Program-made: the position numbers and the translations under genes | NCBI GenBank assembly: GCA_963662405.2 | Contig: CAXXKT010000003.1 | Span: 352,001 to 416,000, forward strand | Reading direction: 5' to 3' | Length of the DNA: 64,000 bases | Source of the DNA: Syntrophales bacterium | GTDB taxonomy: Bacteria; Desulfobacterota; Syntrophia; Syntrophales; UBA2210 | Part shown: one piece after another, positions 28,981 through 38,775 of the stretch | Layout of the letters: the number at the start of each line of letters is the position of its first letter | Numbering within the stretch: the stretch's first letter is position 1 | The notes under the pieces: model-generated | Database searches by the model: none | Seen by the model: the letters and a program-made list of their open reading frames with translations, nothing else | Told to the model about the DNA's origin: nothing

Positions 28981-29129
28981 ACGAGATAACCAAGGAAGAC
29001 ATTCGAAAGCTGAGAAACGACCCGTTGAGCTTTGCCGTGCTTATGGAAAACCAGCATTTAGAGCACGTCATCGCCACCTTCGTGTCGGTTCTGAACAAGA
29101 GAAGACGAACGCGAGGTGATCAGAATTGA
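28977..29129 (+). CDS. Small hypothetical protein (50 aa, below the ORF-track cutoff)
   Basis: AAGGAGG RBS, ATGA overlap with the upstream stop, overlaps the downstream start. Confidence 0.55.
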   Translation: MNEITKEDIRKLRNDPLSFAVLMENQHLEHVIATFVSVLNKRRRTRGDQN

Positions 29130-29871
29130 ACGACGCATCCTGAGCCCCACCGCAATCAACACCTACCTGGCATGTCCCCGCAAGTTTTACCTGCGCTACA
29201 TCAAAAAGCTGCCCGGCAGGCCCTCCATTCATCTTATACGAGGTTCTCTCGTCCATAAAACCCTCCATGACTTTCATGTCAACCTCTCCAGAATTATTCC
29301 ATACAACGATCCCGAAGCGATCGGCACCGCCCTGATCGGCATATTCCAGCGCCACTGGCAGGCGGAAAAGACGGCCCTCGAATCCCTGGGACTCTCTCAG
29401 GAGCGCCTGGAATACTACCGGCGCGACAGTGCGGACATGCTGACCAATTACGCCCGATGGTTCGCCGGCCAGAGGGCCCCTCCCGTGGTGGATGCCACGG
29501 AACTCAAGATATTTTCCGGAAAGCTTCGCCTCATGGGAGTCATCGATGCCGTGAAGATCCAGGGAGGCGAAACCTTTCTCACCGATTACAAGACATCGAA
29601 GAGCACTTCGATCACCGAGGATATCACGCGGCAGGCCATCATCTATGCACTGCTCTACCAGGACCGGTACGGAGACATCCCCGCGGCGGTCTATATCCAT
29701 TTCCTCAGGGATCCCAAAGATCCGGCGGTGCTCTACATGGACGATGTCCAGCTCGAGTACGGAAAAATATTAATAGACGCCATCCGCAACAAGACCGGGA
29801 CCACCGATGAAAAGGACTACCCCTGCACCTGCGGTGGCACCTGCGATAGAGACTTCATCACCGGTCCATGA
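29116..29871 (+). CDS. PD-(D/E)xK nuclease of RecB/AddB/Cas4-like type
   Basis: LSPTAINTYLACPRKFY, GSLVH, GVID, DYKT, Q...YAL, C-terminal CTCGGTC. Confidence 0.88.
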   Translation: MIRIERRILSPTAINTYLACPRKFYLRYIKKLPGRPSIHLIRGSLVHKTLHDFHVNLSRIIPYNDPEAIGTALIGIFQRHWQAEKTALESLGLSQERLEYYRRDSADMLTNYARWFAGQRAPPVVDATELKIFSGKLRLMGVIDAVKIQGGETFLTDYKTSKSTSITEDITRQAIIYALLYQDRYGDIPAAVYIHFLRDPKDPAVLYMDDVQLEYGKILIDAIRNKTGTTDEKDYPCTCGGTCDRDFITGP

Positions 29872-31811
29872 CGATGATCGATCACGTGGAAGAAAAACTG
29901 AGGCTGCTGAAACCGATCCTCCCCCGGAAACAGTGGGAGTATCTCAGGATCAGCCATGCCCTGGAAAAGAACCAAAGGAAGCGCTTCGAGATAGAGAGCC
30001 TCATGGACTCCCTGATCGCCAAACATGTGCCGGGCCTCCGGATGGACGAGATCCTCCTGCCGCCGCCTGATGAGAATCTGCTTTCCGGCGACTGCCCCAT
30101 CGGCCGGACCGTCTATCCCAACAGTTCAGATTCCGTCTTCGGCATCCGGGACGGGGAGTGGATCAAACACTGCGGCATCTTCGGCAAGACCGGAAGCGGG
30201 AAGACCACACTCATGGTGCGGATACTGAAAGACCTCTGCGACAAGGACAGGCCCTTTCTGATCTTCGATTACAAACGCAACTACCGGGACCTCCTGAAGC
30301 ATCCCGATTTCGAGAAGAGCGACATCATGATCTTCACCGTGGGCCGGAAAGACGTGGTTCCCTTCCAGTTCAATCCCAAGGCGGGTCCCGAGGGCGTGGA
30401 AGGATATGTCTGGATCAAGCAGCTCGCCCAGATCATCGAGAAGGTGTATCTGCTGGGGCCCGGCGCCAACGACGTCTTCATGGAAAGCGCCGGTCTCGAT
30501 ACCTTCAAGGAGATGCAGGACAAGGTCCTGAAGCAGCGGAAAAAGGCGCGAGAGCTCCTCTGGTGGGCCAGCGTCAAGAGGACCCTGAACGCCATCAATT
30601 ATCCGGGACTGGGCGAAGTGGTCAACTGCCGGCAGGGATACCCCATCCCGGAGCTTTTGACAAAGAAGGTCATCTTGGAACTGGACGGCCTTTCCGATTC
30701 CGATCAGGCCTTCATCATCGGCAGCCTGCTCCTCTGGATCTACCACTACCGTATGCGGCAGCCCGAACGGGAGACGCTGAAGCACTTCATCATCATCGAA
30801 GAGGCCCACCACCTGTTTTTACAGACCAGGAAGGAAGAAGACATTGCAGATATCATCATGAGGGAGATCCGCGAGCTGGGCGAGGCGATCATCGTCATCG
30901 ACCAGCACCCCAGCAAGATGTCCGTGAGCGCCCTGGGGAACCTTTCCACCAAATTCGCCCTGACCCTGTCCCTCAACCAGGATGTGGCATCCCTGGCCAA
31001 TGCCATGCTCCTGGGAAAGGACGAACGGCGGTATCTCGCCATGCTGACCCTGGGGCAGTGCATCTGCCGTTCCGATCGTTTCCCCTGGCCGATCCTGCTT
31101 GCCATCGACAACTATCCCCTTCAAAAGGGCGCGGTCACCGATGAAGACCTGAAGACGCGCATGGCCGGGTATTTGGAGCATTTGACCCCGGAAAACCCTT
31201 CAATGAGCCCACAAAGGGATATTCACGGTATTCAGAGCCAGGAAACACTCTCCCCCCTGGGGCGGATCGTACTGGAAAACATCGAGCTCAAACCCTTCAT
31301 CGGCTTTGTCAGGCGCTTCAGAGACTTGGGGCTCACCATCCCCGATGGCTACAAGGTAATTGAAGAATTGACCGCCATGGGGCTGATCGTTCCCCTGACC
31401 ATCGACGGCCAGCGGCTCTACGAACTGAGCCGGAAGGGAAGAGACGCCCTGGGAAAAAAGGTTTTCCACAAGGGCCGGGGCGGTCTCGAACACCGCTACT
31501 ATATCGAAAAGATCAAGGACCATTACCTGAAGGAAGGAGGATTCACCTTCCTGGAAAAGGACGATATCGACATCGTCATCGAAAAGGTCGATCGCACCCT
31601 CGCCATCCAGATGGAGACCGGGAAATCCGACATCCAGGCGAACCTCTTGAAACTCGGCCGGTACCGAGCGGACTTCAAATACAGCCTCGCCACCAACCGG
31701 GAGACAGAGGTACTCATCCGGGACATCCTGAAACAGAACTTCCTGCCCGACCGGGAACGGATCCAGGTCGCCTTTGTCAAAGAGTTCCTCCGATCCCCTC
31801 CCAAACTGTAA
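29868..31811 (+). CDS. HerA/VirD4-like (DUF87) ATPase with C-terminal wHTH/nuclease-like region
   Basis: HCGIFGKTGSGKT, FIIIEEAHH, REIRELGEAIIVIDQHP. Confidence 0.85.
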   Translation: MTMIDHVEEKLRLLKPILPRKQWEYLRISHALEKNQRKRFEIESLMDSLIAKHVPGLRMDEILLPPPDENLLSGDCPIGRTVYPNSSDSVFGIRDGEWIKHCGIFGKTGSGKTTLMVRILKDLCDKDRPFLIFDYKRNYRDLLKHPDFEKSDIMIFTVGRKDVVPFQFNPKAGPEGVEGYVWIKQLAQIIEKVYLLGPGANDVFMESAGLDTFKEMQDKVLKQRKKARELLWWASVKRTLNAINYPGLGEVVNCRQGYPIPELLTKKVILELDGLSDSDQAFIIGSLLLWIYHYRMRQPERETLKHFIIIEEAHHLFLQTRKEEDIADIIMREIRELGEAIIVIDQHPSKMSVSALGNLSTKFALTLSLNQDVASLANAMLLGKDERRYLAMLTLGQCICRSDRFPWPILLAIDNYPLQKGAVTDEDLKTRMAGYLEHLTPENPSMSPQRDIHGIQSQETLSPLGRIVLENIELKPFIGFVRRFRDLGLTIPDGYKVIEELTAMGLIVPLTIDGQRLYELSRKGRDALGKKVFHKGRGGLEHRYYIEKIKDHYLKEGGFTFLEKDDIDIVIEKVDRTLAIQMETGKSDIQANLLKLGRYRADFKYSLATNRETEVLIRDILKQNFLPDRERIQVAFVKEFLRSPPKL

Positions 31812-31968
31812 CCCTCCAGTCACTTCATCATTTCACCTCCTCATGCTCACCGAAAGAATGCACCGGCTGCGGATGACTATTGCAGCGGCAGGCGCACCGT
31901 GCATTTCACTTAAAAACCCATCAGGCAGATAACAGACCACAGCGATATGGAATTGCCGTCCGGAATAC

Positions 31969-31995
31969 CCGTCTCCTTCGGGAGGCGGTTTTTTT
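31969..31995 (+). terminator. Intrinsic terminator
   Basis: CCGTCTCC-TTCG-GGAGGCGG plus T7. Confidence 0.8.
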
Positions 31996-32031
31996 GTAGC
32001 GAAAGCGCTCTTTCTCACGGAGCGGTTCGAT

Positions 32032-32382
32032 ATGTCGCAGTTTCGAAAACGTCAACACAGAAAGGAGGTGACAGAAGTGGCATTCGATTTTTTCGAAAAG
32101 GAGGTGGAACGATTACAGAAGAGATTCAACTATGTCTTCGGGGAACGAACGGTATTCGACATTCGGACCCGACAGCTGTGCATCCTGGCGATCTGCCGGG
32201 CAGGACTGTTGTCCCGACAGATCAGCACCAGCAGCGATGCGAAGGAAACCAAAAAGATGACCCGGGAGTTTCGCCGTATCCGGGAAGGCCTTCATCGGTG
32301 TTTCGATCGCATGGCCAAGGAGCCGGAGATGGAAACACATGCCCCGCATGCGGATGCCGAACGCGTCATTGCCGGCGCCTGA
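32032..32382 (+). CDS. Hypothetical protein (start may be GTG near 32077)
   Basis: ORF with a strong internal AGGAGGTG RBS. Confidence 0.55.
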   Translation: MSQFRKRQHRKEVTEVAFDFFEKEVERLQKRFNYVFGERTVFDIRTRQLCILAICRAGLLSRQISTSSDAKETKKMTREFRRIREGLHRCFDRMAKEPEMETHAPHADAERVIAGA

Positions 32383-32515
32383 TCGGGGAATTCGAGACAC
32401 GCCGGAACTGTGTACCTGATCAACAGAAACACCCGAAGAAGAAGTGACAAAAAAACATACCAATACCCACATGAGCCTCCCGGTGAGGCTCATGTGCATT
32501 ACAGGAGGTGAAAAC

Positions 32516-33112
32516 ATGCAAGAAGCAGCACATCAACAGAACGAAAGAAGGGAGTTGCGAAAGAGCGGAGTGGATACGGTGCCGGTGGTGAGAAACTTCC
32601 GGCAGGTCATCGGGTCCCGGGACATGTCCCTGATGAAGAAGGAGCTCTACCAGTTCCTGCATCTCCACTGCGGCTTTATCGCCCATTACAACATCCACGG
32701 GTTTCAGGAGACCTACGCCGCGCCAACAGACTTCGCCGATATCTTTATCCGGCACTTCGATGAAGACCATCGGTACTTCTGCGGCAACTACGCCTGCCAT
32801 GAGGAACCCTATCGAGAGAGCGGTTACACGAAGGCGGAGATCAAAGAGGCGTTCTTCCGGATCGTGGCGAGCCATAAGGACGCCATCGAACGATGGGCCC
32901 GTGATGAGGAACGGAACCATCGCTTCGCCGCCTTCCAGGTGCTCAGGAAGGAGTTCGAGCATGAGGAGAAGAGCATTCACATAGTCTGCGAGCTCTGCGG
33001 CGAGGAGATGGACCTTCGGATCGAAGGGTGGGACCACAGCAAGGGCGTGCCGGACAACCTGTGCTGTCTCTTCTGCGGGCATCCCATTGAAACAGAGGGT
33101 GAAAGGAGGTGA
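32516..33112 (+). CDS. Hypothetical protein with C-terminal zinc ribbon
   Basis: AGGAGGTG RBS; LYQFLHLHCGFIAHYNIHGF; CELC...CLFC. Confidence 0.7.
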   Translation: MQEAAHQQNERRELRKSGVDTVPVVRNFRQVIGSRDMSLMKKELYQFLHLHCGFIAHYNIHGFQETYAAPTDFADIFIRHFDEDHRYFCGNYACHEEPYRESGYTKAEIKEAFFRIVASHKDAIERWARDEERNHRFAAFQVLRKEFEHEEKSIHIVCELCGEEMDLRIEGWDHSKGVPDNLCCLFCGHPIETEGERR

Positions 33113-33498
33113 TACACATGTGGAACATACCGTCACAGGACAGATTGGACAAGATTCCGAGACTCTATGAAACGGAACCGGTCGCCCTTCAGGACAAGAT
33201 GATCCACCTGCATTTTTTCATCGGCGGCTGCGACTGGTACGTCGCCGAATATGACGGAGAGGATCTCTTCTGGGGATTCGCCTGCCTGAACGGCGACCTT
33301 CAGAATGCAGAGTGGGGATACGTCTCTTTCAGGGAACTGCAAGAGATACAGGTCCAGGGCTGGCTTGAAATCGATTGTGAAACGGAGGATTCCTGGAGGA
33401 TCCGTTCCGCCTCGGAAATCGAACTGATCCGCCAAGCCCACGGGTGGCCTCTGCACAAGGACACACGACAATTCGACAATACCATCCGCCCCGCTTGA
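33109..33498 (+). CDS. DUF2958-like protein
   Basis: HFF..G.DWYVAEYD....FWG......AEWGYVSFREL. Confidence 0.75.
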   Translation: MIHMWNIPSQDRLDKIPRLYETEPVALQDKMIHLHFFIGGCDWYVAEYDGEDLFWGFACLNGDLQNAEWGYVSFRELQEIQVQGWLEIDCETEDSWRIRSASEIELIRQAHGWPLHKDTRQFDNTIRPA

Positions 33499-33631
33499 AG
33501 TTTAGAGGGTGACATACGGGAGGTCTTCGGGAAAGACGATCCGGAGCCGTCGCGGATAGCGGCCATCCCCGGTTCCCTGATTCCCTCACATCATCTCAAC
33601 AATCAGTCACAACAAGAGAAAGGAGTGATCT

Positions 33632-33838
33632 ATGGCCTACACACCTGAGCTCAGCCAAAGGCACAGCGGCGCCTTGCGCAGGATCGCCTGGGCGCTCGAT
33701 CGGCCCATGACGAAGAGTCTTGAGGAGATCTTCGATTGGATAGGACAAACGGCGGATTCCCAAAAGGTCTGCCGGTCCTGCCGCGACAGGACGTTCTGTT
33801 CACAATGCGTCTTTCATCGTGAACGCAATGAAGGATGA
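33632..33838 (+). CDS. Small hypothetical zinc-binding protein
   Basis: AAGGAG RBS; AYTPELS..LRRIAWA..PMT; CRSC...CSQC. Confidence 0.7.
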   Translation: MAYTPELSQRHSGALRRIAWALDRPMTKSLEEIFDWIGQTADSQKVCRSCRDRTFCSQCVFHRERNEG

Positions 33839-33941
33839 AGGAAGAATGCAAAATTCTATAACGCAGACTTGGCGATGCGATGAATGATTACCCCATCGCC
33901 GGGTCCCAAGACAAACAAAACGGATGAGGAGGTGAACATCC

Positions 33942-34130
33942 ATGACACAGATCGTAATTGAAATAGAAGGCGGACTGGTGCAGGCGGTCTGGTCCACCGA
34001 CAGTGCCCTTAGGGTTTCCGTTCTGGACAGAGACCTGCCCGACCATGAAGAGGATCACCGGTCCTGCCTCGATGAAATCGAGAAGCTGGAGGCACACATC
34101 AAGGAGCTCGATATGGTGGATGTATCGTAG
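33942..34130 (+). CDS. Small hypothetical protein
   Basis: GAGGAGGTG RBS; IVIEIEGGLVQAV. Confidence 0.65.
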   Translation: MTQIVIEIEGGLVQAVWSTDSALRVSVLDRDLPDHEEDHRSCLDEIEKLEAHIKELDMVDVS

Positions 34131-34220
34131 AAGCGGACTTTGAAGTCCAATGAAAAAACACAGCGACACCATGTCCCTTTCGTCATGGTGTCGCAAGAAC
34201 ACCTATGGGAGGAACAAAAA

Positions 34221-35861
34221 ATGGAATACATACAGGCATGCGTCAATCAACGGCTGCTGACCAAGGCCGAGCGGCTCTTTACGGGTTCGTTGAACGGCAG
34301 GATCATCGAACTCCTGCAGAACGCAAGGCGGGCAGACGCCACAAAGGTCGAAATCACGAACGAGGGCGGCTGGGTCACCGTTTCGGATAACGGCCGGGGT
34401 GTCGACGACTTCGGGAAACTTCTCGATCTCGGCGGATCCGGCTGGAACGAGGCCTGCGAGGAAAGCGAAGACCCCGCAGGCGTGGGCATATTCTGCCTGG
34501 CGCCCCGTGAAGTGACCATACGATCCCAGGGCAAAAGGGCGGTAATCATGAAAGAAGGCTGGACAGGCACTCAAGTGGAAATATCGGCCGATACGAACCC
34601 AGTGCGAAAAGGAACGATCCTGCGGTTTCAGGACGAACCCTGGGAAATGGGTGAGGTTGAGAAAAACGCAGTCTTCTCCGGCATGGAGGTGGTGGTGGAT
34701 GGAAAGATCTGCTCCACCCTGCCTTTTGTATCCGAAACCGCCCTGCATCATCCCGAATTGGGCTGCCGGATAGAGGTCTGCGAATCCCGGAAACTGAACC
34801 AATTGATCAACTCCTGCCGGCGGGGACAATGGTACAACAGCGGTGGTATCCTCAACTTCCACGGTCAACTCGTCGTGTTCGACTACCGGCCGTTGAGTGA
34901 TCGTGATCTGCACTTCCTGGTGGATCTCACGGGAGAGCCGACCGGTATCCGCCTGATGCTTCCGGCGCGAACGCGACTGGTGGAAAACGAAGCATATAAA
35001 AAGCTCCTGCAGGCGATCGAGCGTGCCGCCTATCGATATGTGCAAGGAAAAGGCGAACACCGGCTGCCCTATAAGGAGTTTCTCCGGGTGAAAGAACTGG
35101 GCATTACCCTCCCTGAGGCAACCCCCACCTTCACCGTGGGACTGCTTTCGAACTCGGACGCGCCGGAACCGGCAGAAGTCGTCATGCCGGAAGAGTTTCC
35201 GCTGGAACGATGTTATCGATTCGATCCGAACGTATCGGGAAACGAAGGGGGTGAAACGAACGCACATCTTCTGGCGGCACTGGGCACATTCAGTGATCCC
35301 TTCGTTCCCGTGGAGATCCGATCGTCATACGATGGGTATGCCTGGGCGAAGCTTCCGGTCATAGAGAAGGTCGAAGTGAAGTCCGGTAAGGAACTGTACA
35401 GCGACTGGCTCTGGGCCGGCAAACTCACCTGTGTGGATGCATTGACCATCGTTGCGCACACCAGCGACGGCAGGATATTTTCCTCGCCGGTCTGCATGGC
35501 CATGGCGCCGCAGCCGCCGGAAGAGGGACCGGGATGGATTGACGATCACATGCTGGTCACTCCTCAGGCGAAGAAGCGTCTCCAGGCTTCCGAGATCTGG
35601 CACCACTTGGGCGGCTGGTATGATGAGGGGGACACATACGATACACAACTTGCCGCCTTCGAAAGGGACCTCGATATCTTCTGGGCATACCTTGTCGGGC
35701 CGGACGAATATCTTTGGCAGACCATCATCGAGCCGCTCTACCACATTACGCCCGAATGGAAGGCGACACACATCTATGCAGACGGTCGAGTCCGGATCGA
35801 ACACGCCGATGGAAGCGAGAAGGTGATGCAACCACCCCCGCAAGAGGCCTCGGCTGCATAG
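34221..35861 (+). CDS. GHKL/HATPase-domain protein
   Basis: ELLQNARRA, VSDNGRG, DPAGVG; GGAGG RBS before ATG 34221. Confidence 0.8.
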   Translation: MEYIQACVNQRLLTKAERLFTGSLNGRIIELLQNARRADATKVEITNEGGWVTVSDNGRGVDDFGKLLDLGGSGWNEACEESEDPAGVGIFCLAPREVTIRSQGKRAVIMKEGWTGTQVEISADTNPVRKGTILRFQDEPWEMGEVEKNAVFSGMEVVVDGKICSTLPFVSETALHHPELGCRIEVCESRKLNQLINSCRRGQWYNSGGILNFHGQLVVFDYRPLSDRDLHFLVDLTGEPTGIRLMLPARTRLVENEAYKKLLQAIERAAYRYVQGKGEHRLPYKEFLRVKELGITLPEATPTFTVGLLSNSDAPEPAEVVMPEEFPLERCYRFDPNVSGNEGGETNAHLLAALGTFSDPFVPVEIRSSYDGYAWAKLPVIEKVEVKSGKELYSDWLWAGKLTCVDALTIVAHTSDGRIFSSPVCMAMAPQPPEEGPGWIDDHMLVTPQAKKRLQASEIWHHLGGWYDEGDTYDTQLAAFERDLDIFWAYLVGPDEYLWQTIIEPLYHITPEWKATHIYADGRVRIEHADGSEKVMQPPPQEASAA

Positions 35862-35933
35862 GTTCGGTCGTTCTGTGCATCGTACTCAAACCATCTGACG
35901 GAATCACTGAGAAGACAATAACAACCTGAGAAG

Positions 35934-35964
35934 GCCCTCTGGAAACCATATCCAGAGGGCTTTT
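35934..35964 (+). terminator. Stem-loop with T-tract between the HATPase gene and ardC
   Basis: GCCCTCTGGA-N7-TCCAGAGGGC-TTTT. Confidence 0.65.
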
Positions 35965-35997
35965 GTCATTAAGACCTTTGGAAAGGAGGTAGTTGAA

Positions 35998-36846
35998 ATG
36001 CAAGATCGAGTAAAGCAGGTACTGAACACCATCGTCGAGAAGTTTAAATCCGGGGATATCCCCGAAGCGATCGCCATGGCGACCTACCCGGCGGCCAATG
36101 TGCCCAGCAGCAAGTGGTCCTTTCTGAATCGGACACTCATGTTTCTCTCCGGCACGGGAGACGCCAGGGGATTCAGGCAGTGGCAGGAGGTCAGGCGAAA
36201 GGTGCGGAAAGGGGCCAAGGCCATCTACATCCTGGTTCCATGTTTCAGAAAAGTGACCGATGAAGAAACCGGCGAAGAAGCACTCGTTCTGAGAGGATTC
36301 AAGCCGTCTCCCGTATTCATGGTTGAGGATACGGAAGGGGAGAAACTGGATTACGAACTTCTGAAAGTCCCGGATGTTCCGCTTCTGGATAGGGCCAGGC
36401 AGTGGGGATTGTCGGTAAAAGCCATTTCGGATAACTACCGGTATAACGGATACTACTCCCCTCGGCGAAAGGAGATCGCTCTCGCATCCCCGGAAGAGAA
36501 GGTCTTCTTCCATGAGCTCTCCCACGCAGCCCATGACAGGCTGATGGGCGGAATCAAAAACGGACAGGATCCCTTCCAGGAGATTGTGGCGGAACTCAGC
36601 GCCCAGGCCCTGTGCAGATTGGTGGGAAAAGAGCCCGACCGCTCTCTGGGATACTCATACCGATACATCGAACGGTATGCGGAAGAGATGCACGTGACGC
36701 CTCATACAGCCTGCCTGAAGGTGCTGTCCGACACAGAAAAGGTTCTGAATCTGATACTGAAGGGAGATGACGAACAGATAGAAAACAACGATCTCTCCAT
36801 TGAACCCCCTGTCCATCAGACAGAATCGGTCGTTGCGACAATGTAA
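35998..36846 (+). CDS. ardC: ArdC-like antirestriction protein (ssDNA-binding plus zincin-like domain)
   Basis: WSFLN, GFRQWQE..RKVRKGAKAIYIL, VF...DTEG, HELSH, EIVAEL, YI..Y. Confidence 0.8.
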   Translation: MQDRVKQVLNTIVEKFKSGDIPEAIAMATYPAANVPSSKWSFLNRTLMFLSGTGDARGFRQWQEVRRKVRKGAKAIYILVPCFRKVTDEETGEEALVLRGFKPSPVFMVEDTEGEKLDYELLKVPDVPLLDRARQWGLSVKAISDNYRYNGYYSPRRKEIALASPEEKVFFHELSHAAHDRLMGGIKNGQDPFQEIVAELSAQALCRLVGKEPDRSLGYSYRYIERYAEEMHVTPHTACLKVLSDTEKVLNLILKGDDEQIENNDLSIEPPVHQTESVVATM

Positions 36847-36875
36847 TCCGCCGCCCGCCATAAAATACCACTTGT

Positions 36876-36910
36876 GCCCCTCGATGAGAAATCTTCGAGG
36901 GGCTTTTTTT
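36876..36910 (+). terminator. Intrinsic terminator closing the ardC run
   Basis: GCCCCTCGA-N10-TCGAGGGGC plus T7. Confidence 0.85.
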
Positions 36911-37354
36911 ACGAGAAAGGAGCGAATCGATCTATAATTCTTGAGGACTGACTTGAAAAGGGCACATACACGATTTCTTAAAAATATGGGAGACTCTCAA
37001 GACTTCAAATACAAAGATGCATGTCGGATTTTTTGATCAGATCAATGAATACGGGTGGAAACACGCAAAGGTGGGATAGCCTATTTTCAATTCCTGTGGA
37101 ATCCAGATGCCTTCCTGAAACAAATAAAACTTGTCTTTGATTGTTTGTTGTAGATTACCTTTGATAATTAACATGAAAATCACAGGCACCAGCAATTTGG
37201 TGTCCTGCGTATTTTGTAGTTCGGCAAAGCTGTTTTTCCCAATTCTGTCAAGAATGAAGACCTGAACCCGCTATTCCCATATAAGAGCTAATAGGAGGCT
37301 TGACCCCTTTTTTATTTACAGACCTCTCGGCCGATGGCAGTTCTGTCGATTTTT

Positions 37355-38164
37355 CTAAGGACAAGTTACCGGCTCGAATGTCATACCATAATTCCCGATG
37401 CAATGATATGTTAGGCCTCCTTCCATTCCTCCATTCAACCTGGAGTTGGCTATATATATATCTCCAGTGCCACCAATCGAACCATCGAAAAGGCTATTAT
37501 GTATAATAGGTGATGAAGGTGAATAACCATAAATCGAGTAACTGGACCCTTTCAGCGTGCAGTTGCGGATGAGTGGCGAGGAATACCAGTTGTAGACGCC
37601 GTATCCGGAAGAGCCTCCCGACGCCGTGGCCGTGACGTTGGTCATGATCGGCGAGGAGGAGTAATTGTAGACGCCGCAGATGGAACTGCCTCCCGAAGCG
37701 TTCACGGCAATATTGTCCAGCACCGGCGAGTCCTCGGAGTTATAGATGCCGACACTATAGAGACCACCGCCCGTATTCTCAACACTCAGTTGCGTCAGTG
37801 CGGCGTTGTCCGCCCCCAAGATGACGGCTGAAGAGGACGAGTCTCCTGTACTGATCGCCCCTCTGAGCAGTGTTGCCTCCCTGCCGCTACCCGTGACGGT
37901 CACATGGGCCTTGAGCTGAATCGGGCTGGTTACGGCGTAAACCCCTGGTCCGATATAGACCAGGTAGGGATTGTCGGCACCGGCATCGTTGATGGAATCG
38001 ATGGCGGCTTTGACATCGGTGTACTGCCCTCCCGATTTGGCAACGGTCACGACGTTCTTCAGCTTCCGTCCTGCGGCTACAACGTAGAAATCCTGAGCCC
38101 AGGCAGAAAGACTTAAGCTCCAAAACATAGCAACGCTGAACAAAGTCCAAAGTGCCCTTTTCAT
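37355..38164 (-). CDS. Secreted parallel beta-helix (pectin-lyase-like) protein
   Basis: Signal peptide ending AWA; VTVAKSGGQYT....AI, GPGVY; repeated G(I/V)YN..SSP. Confidence 0.8.
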   Translation of the reverse strand: MKRALWTLFSVAMFWSLSLSAWAQDFYVVAAGRKLKNVVTVAKSGGQYTDVKAAIDSINDAGADNPYLVYIGPGVYAVTSPIQLKAHVTVTGSGREATLLRGAISTGDSSSSAVILGADNAALTQLSVENTGGGLYSVGIYNSEDSPVLDNIAVNASGGSSICGVYNYSSSPIMTNVTATASGGSSGYGVYNWYSSPLIRNCTLKGSSYSIYGYSPSSPIIHNSLFDGSIGGTGDIYIANSRLNGGMEGGLTYHCIGNYGMTFEPVTCP

Positions 38165-38330
38165 ACAGTACCCCCCTTCTTTGTTGGTGTGTGATGTGGT
38201 GAAAATTGAAATTCTCGCATGTATCTACCATTCGCATCCATGTGATCGGGCCATCAGCGAATAGGGTCGTGTCACGCTATCCATCCGATTTTACCGGACA
38301 AACTTCCAAAAAGTTCCGATTTTGGGGAAG

Positions 38331-38398
38331 GGGGCACGTCCTTAAACATTAAAATAACTATTTTATTATGCAAATATTTGATTATTTAAGGGCGTCCC
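38331..38398. repeat. Imperfect inverted repeat (REP-like)
   Basis: GGGGCACGTCCTTAAA...TTTAAGGGCGTCCC around an AT-rich spacer. Confidence 0.4.
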
Positions 38399-38775
38399 AT
38401 CTTCCATTTTTTTACAGCCAAAAAAGCAAAATTGGCGACGGCAAATATTAAGATGTTCACAAAAAACAAAAGCCCTATCTCTCATTTCAAGAAACAGAGC
38501 TTTAGATAATCAGACCATAATCCCCCTTGGTTACAACTGTTCGAAAGCACACAATATATGTCAAGATCATTAAGTGTTTTTTATCCACTACCTCTATAAT
38601 GATATCTTGTCAAGGGATATTAAAATGAGACTTTCAAACGCAAATATTCTATTTTTCCCTGAAAATAGTTCGAGTAATTGTAGATACCGTACAGGGATGT
38701 GGGCGGAAAGATCATCGGCATCCTCTCCTTGGCTTTTCCATCGACATCACCCAGCGGAAGCAGGCTGAAGAGGCG

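Larger units (their letters stand above)
5595..36910. mobile_element. Putative integrative/plasmid-like element of about 31 kb, boundaries approximate
   Basis: parAB, replication-relaxation protein, Orc1/Cdc6, TA pair, IHF, HerA ATPase, DUF2958, ArdC; no integrase or att repeats identified. Confidence 0.7.

Noticed and set aside
29116..29871. Possible CRISPR-Cas4 adaptation locus
   Set aside because: No repeat-spacer array, cas1 or cas2 seen anywhere in the window.
30126..35843. Long antisense and alternate-frame ORFs, also over 40-61 kb
   Set aside because: Shadows of GC-rich genes with clear motifs on the other strand or frame.
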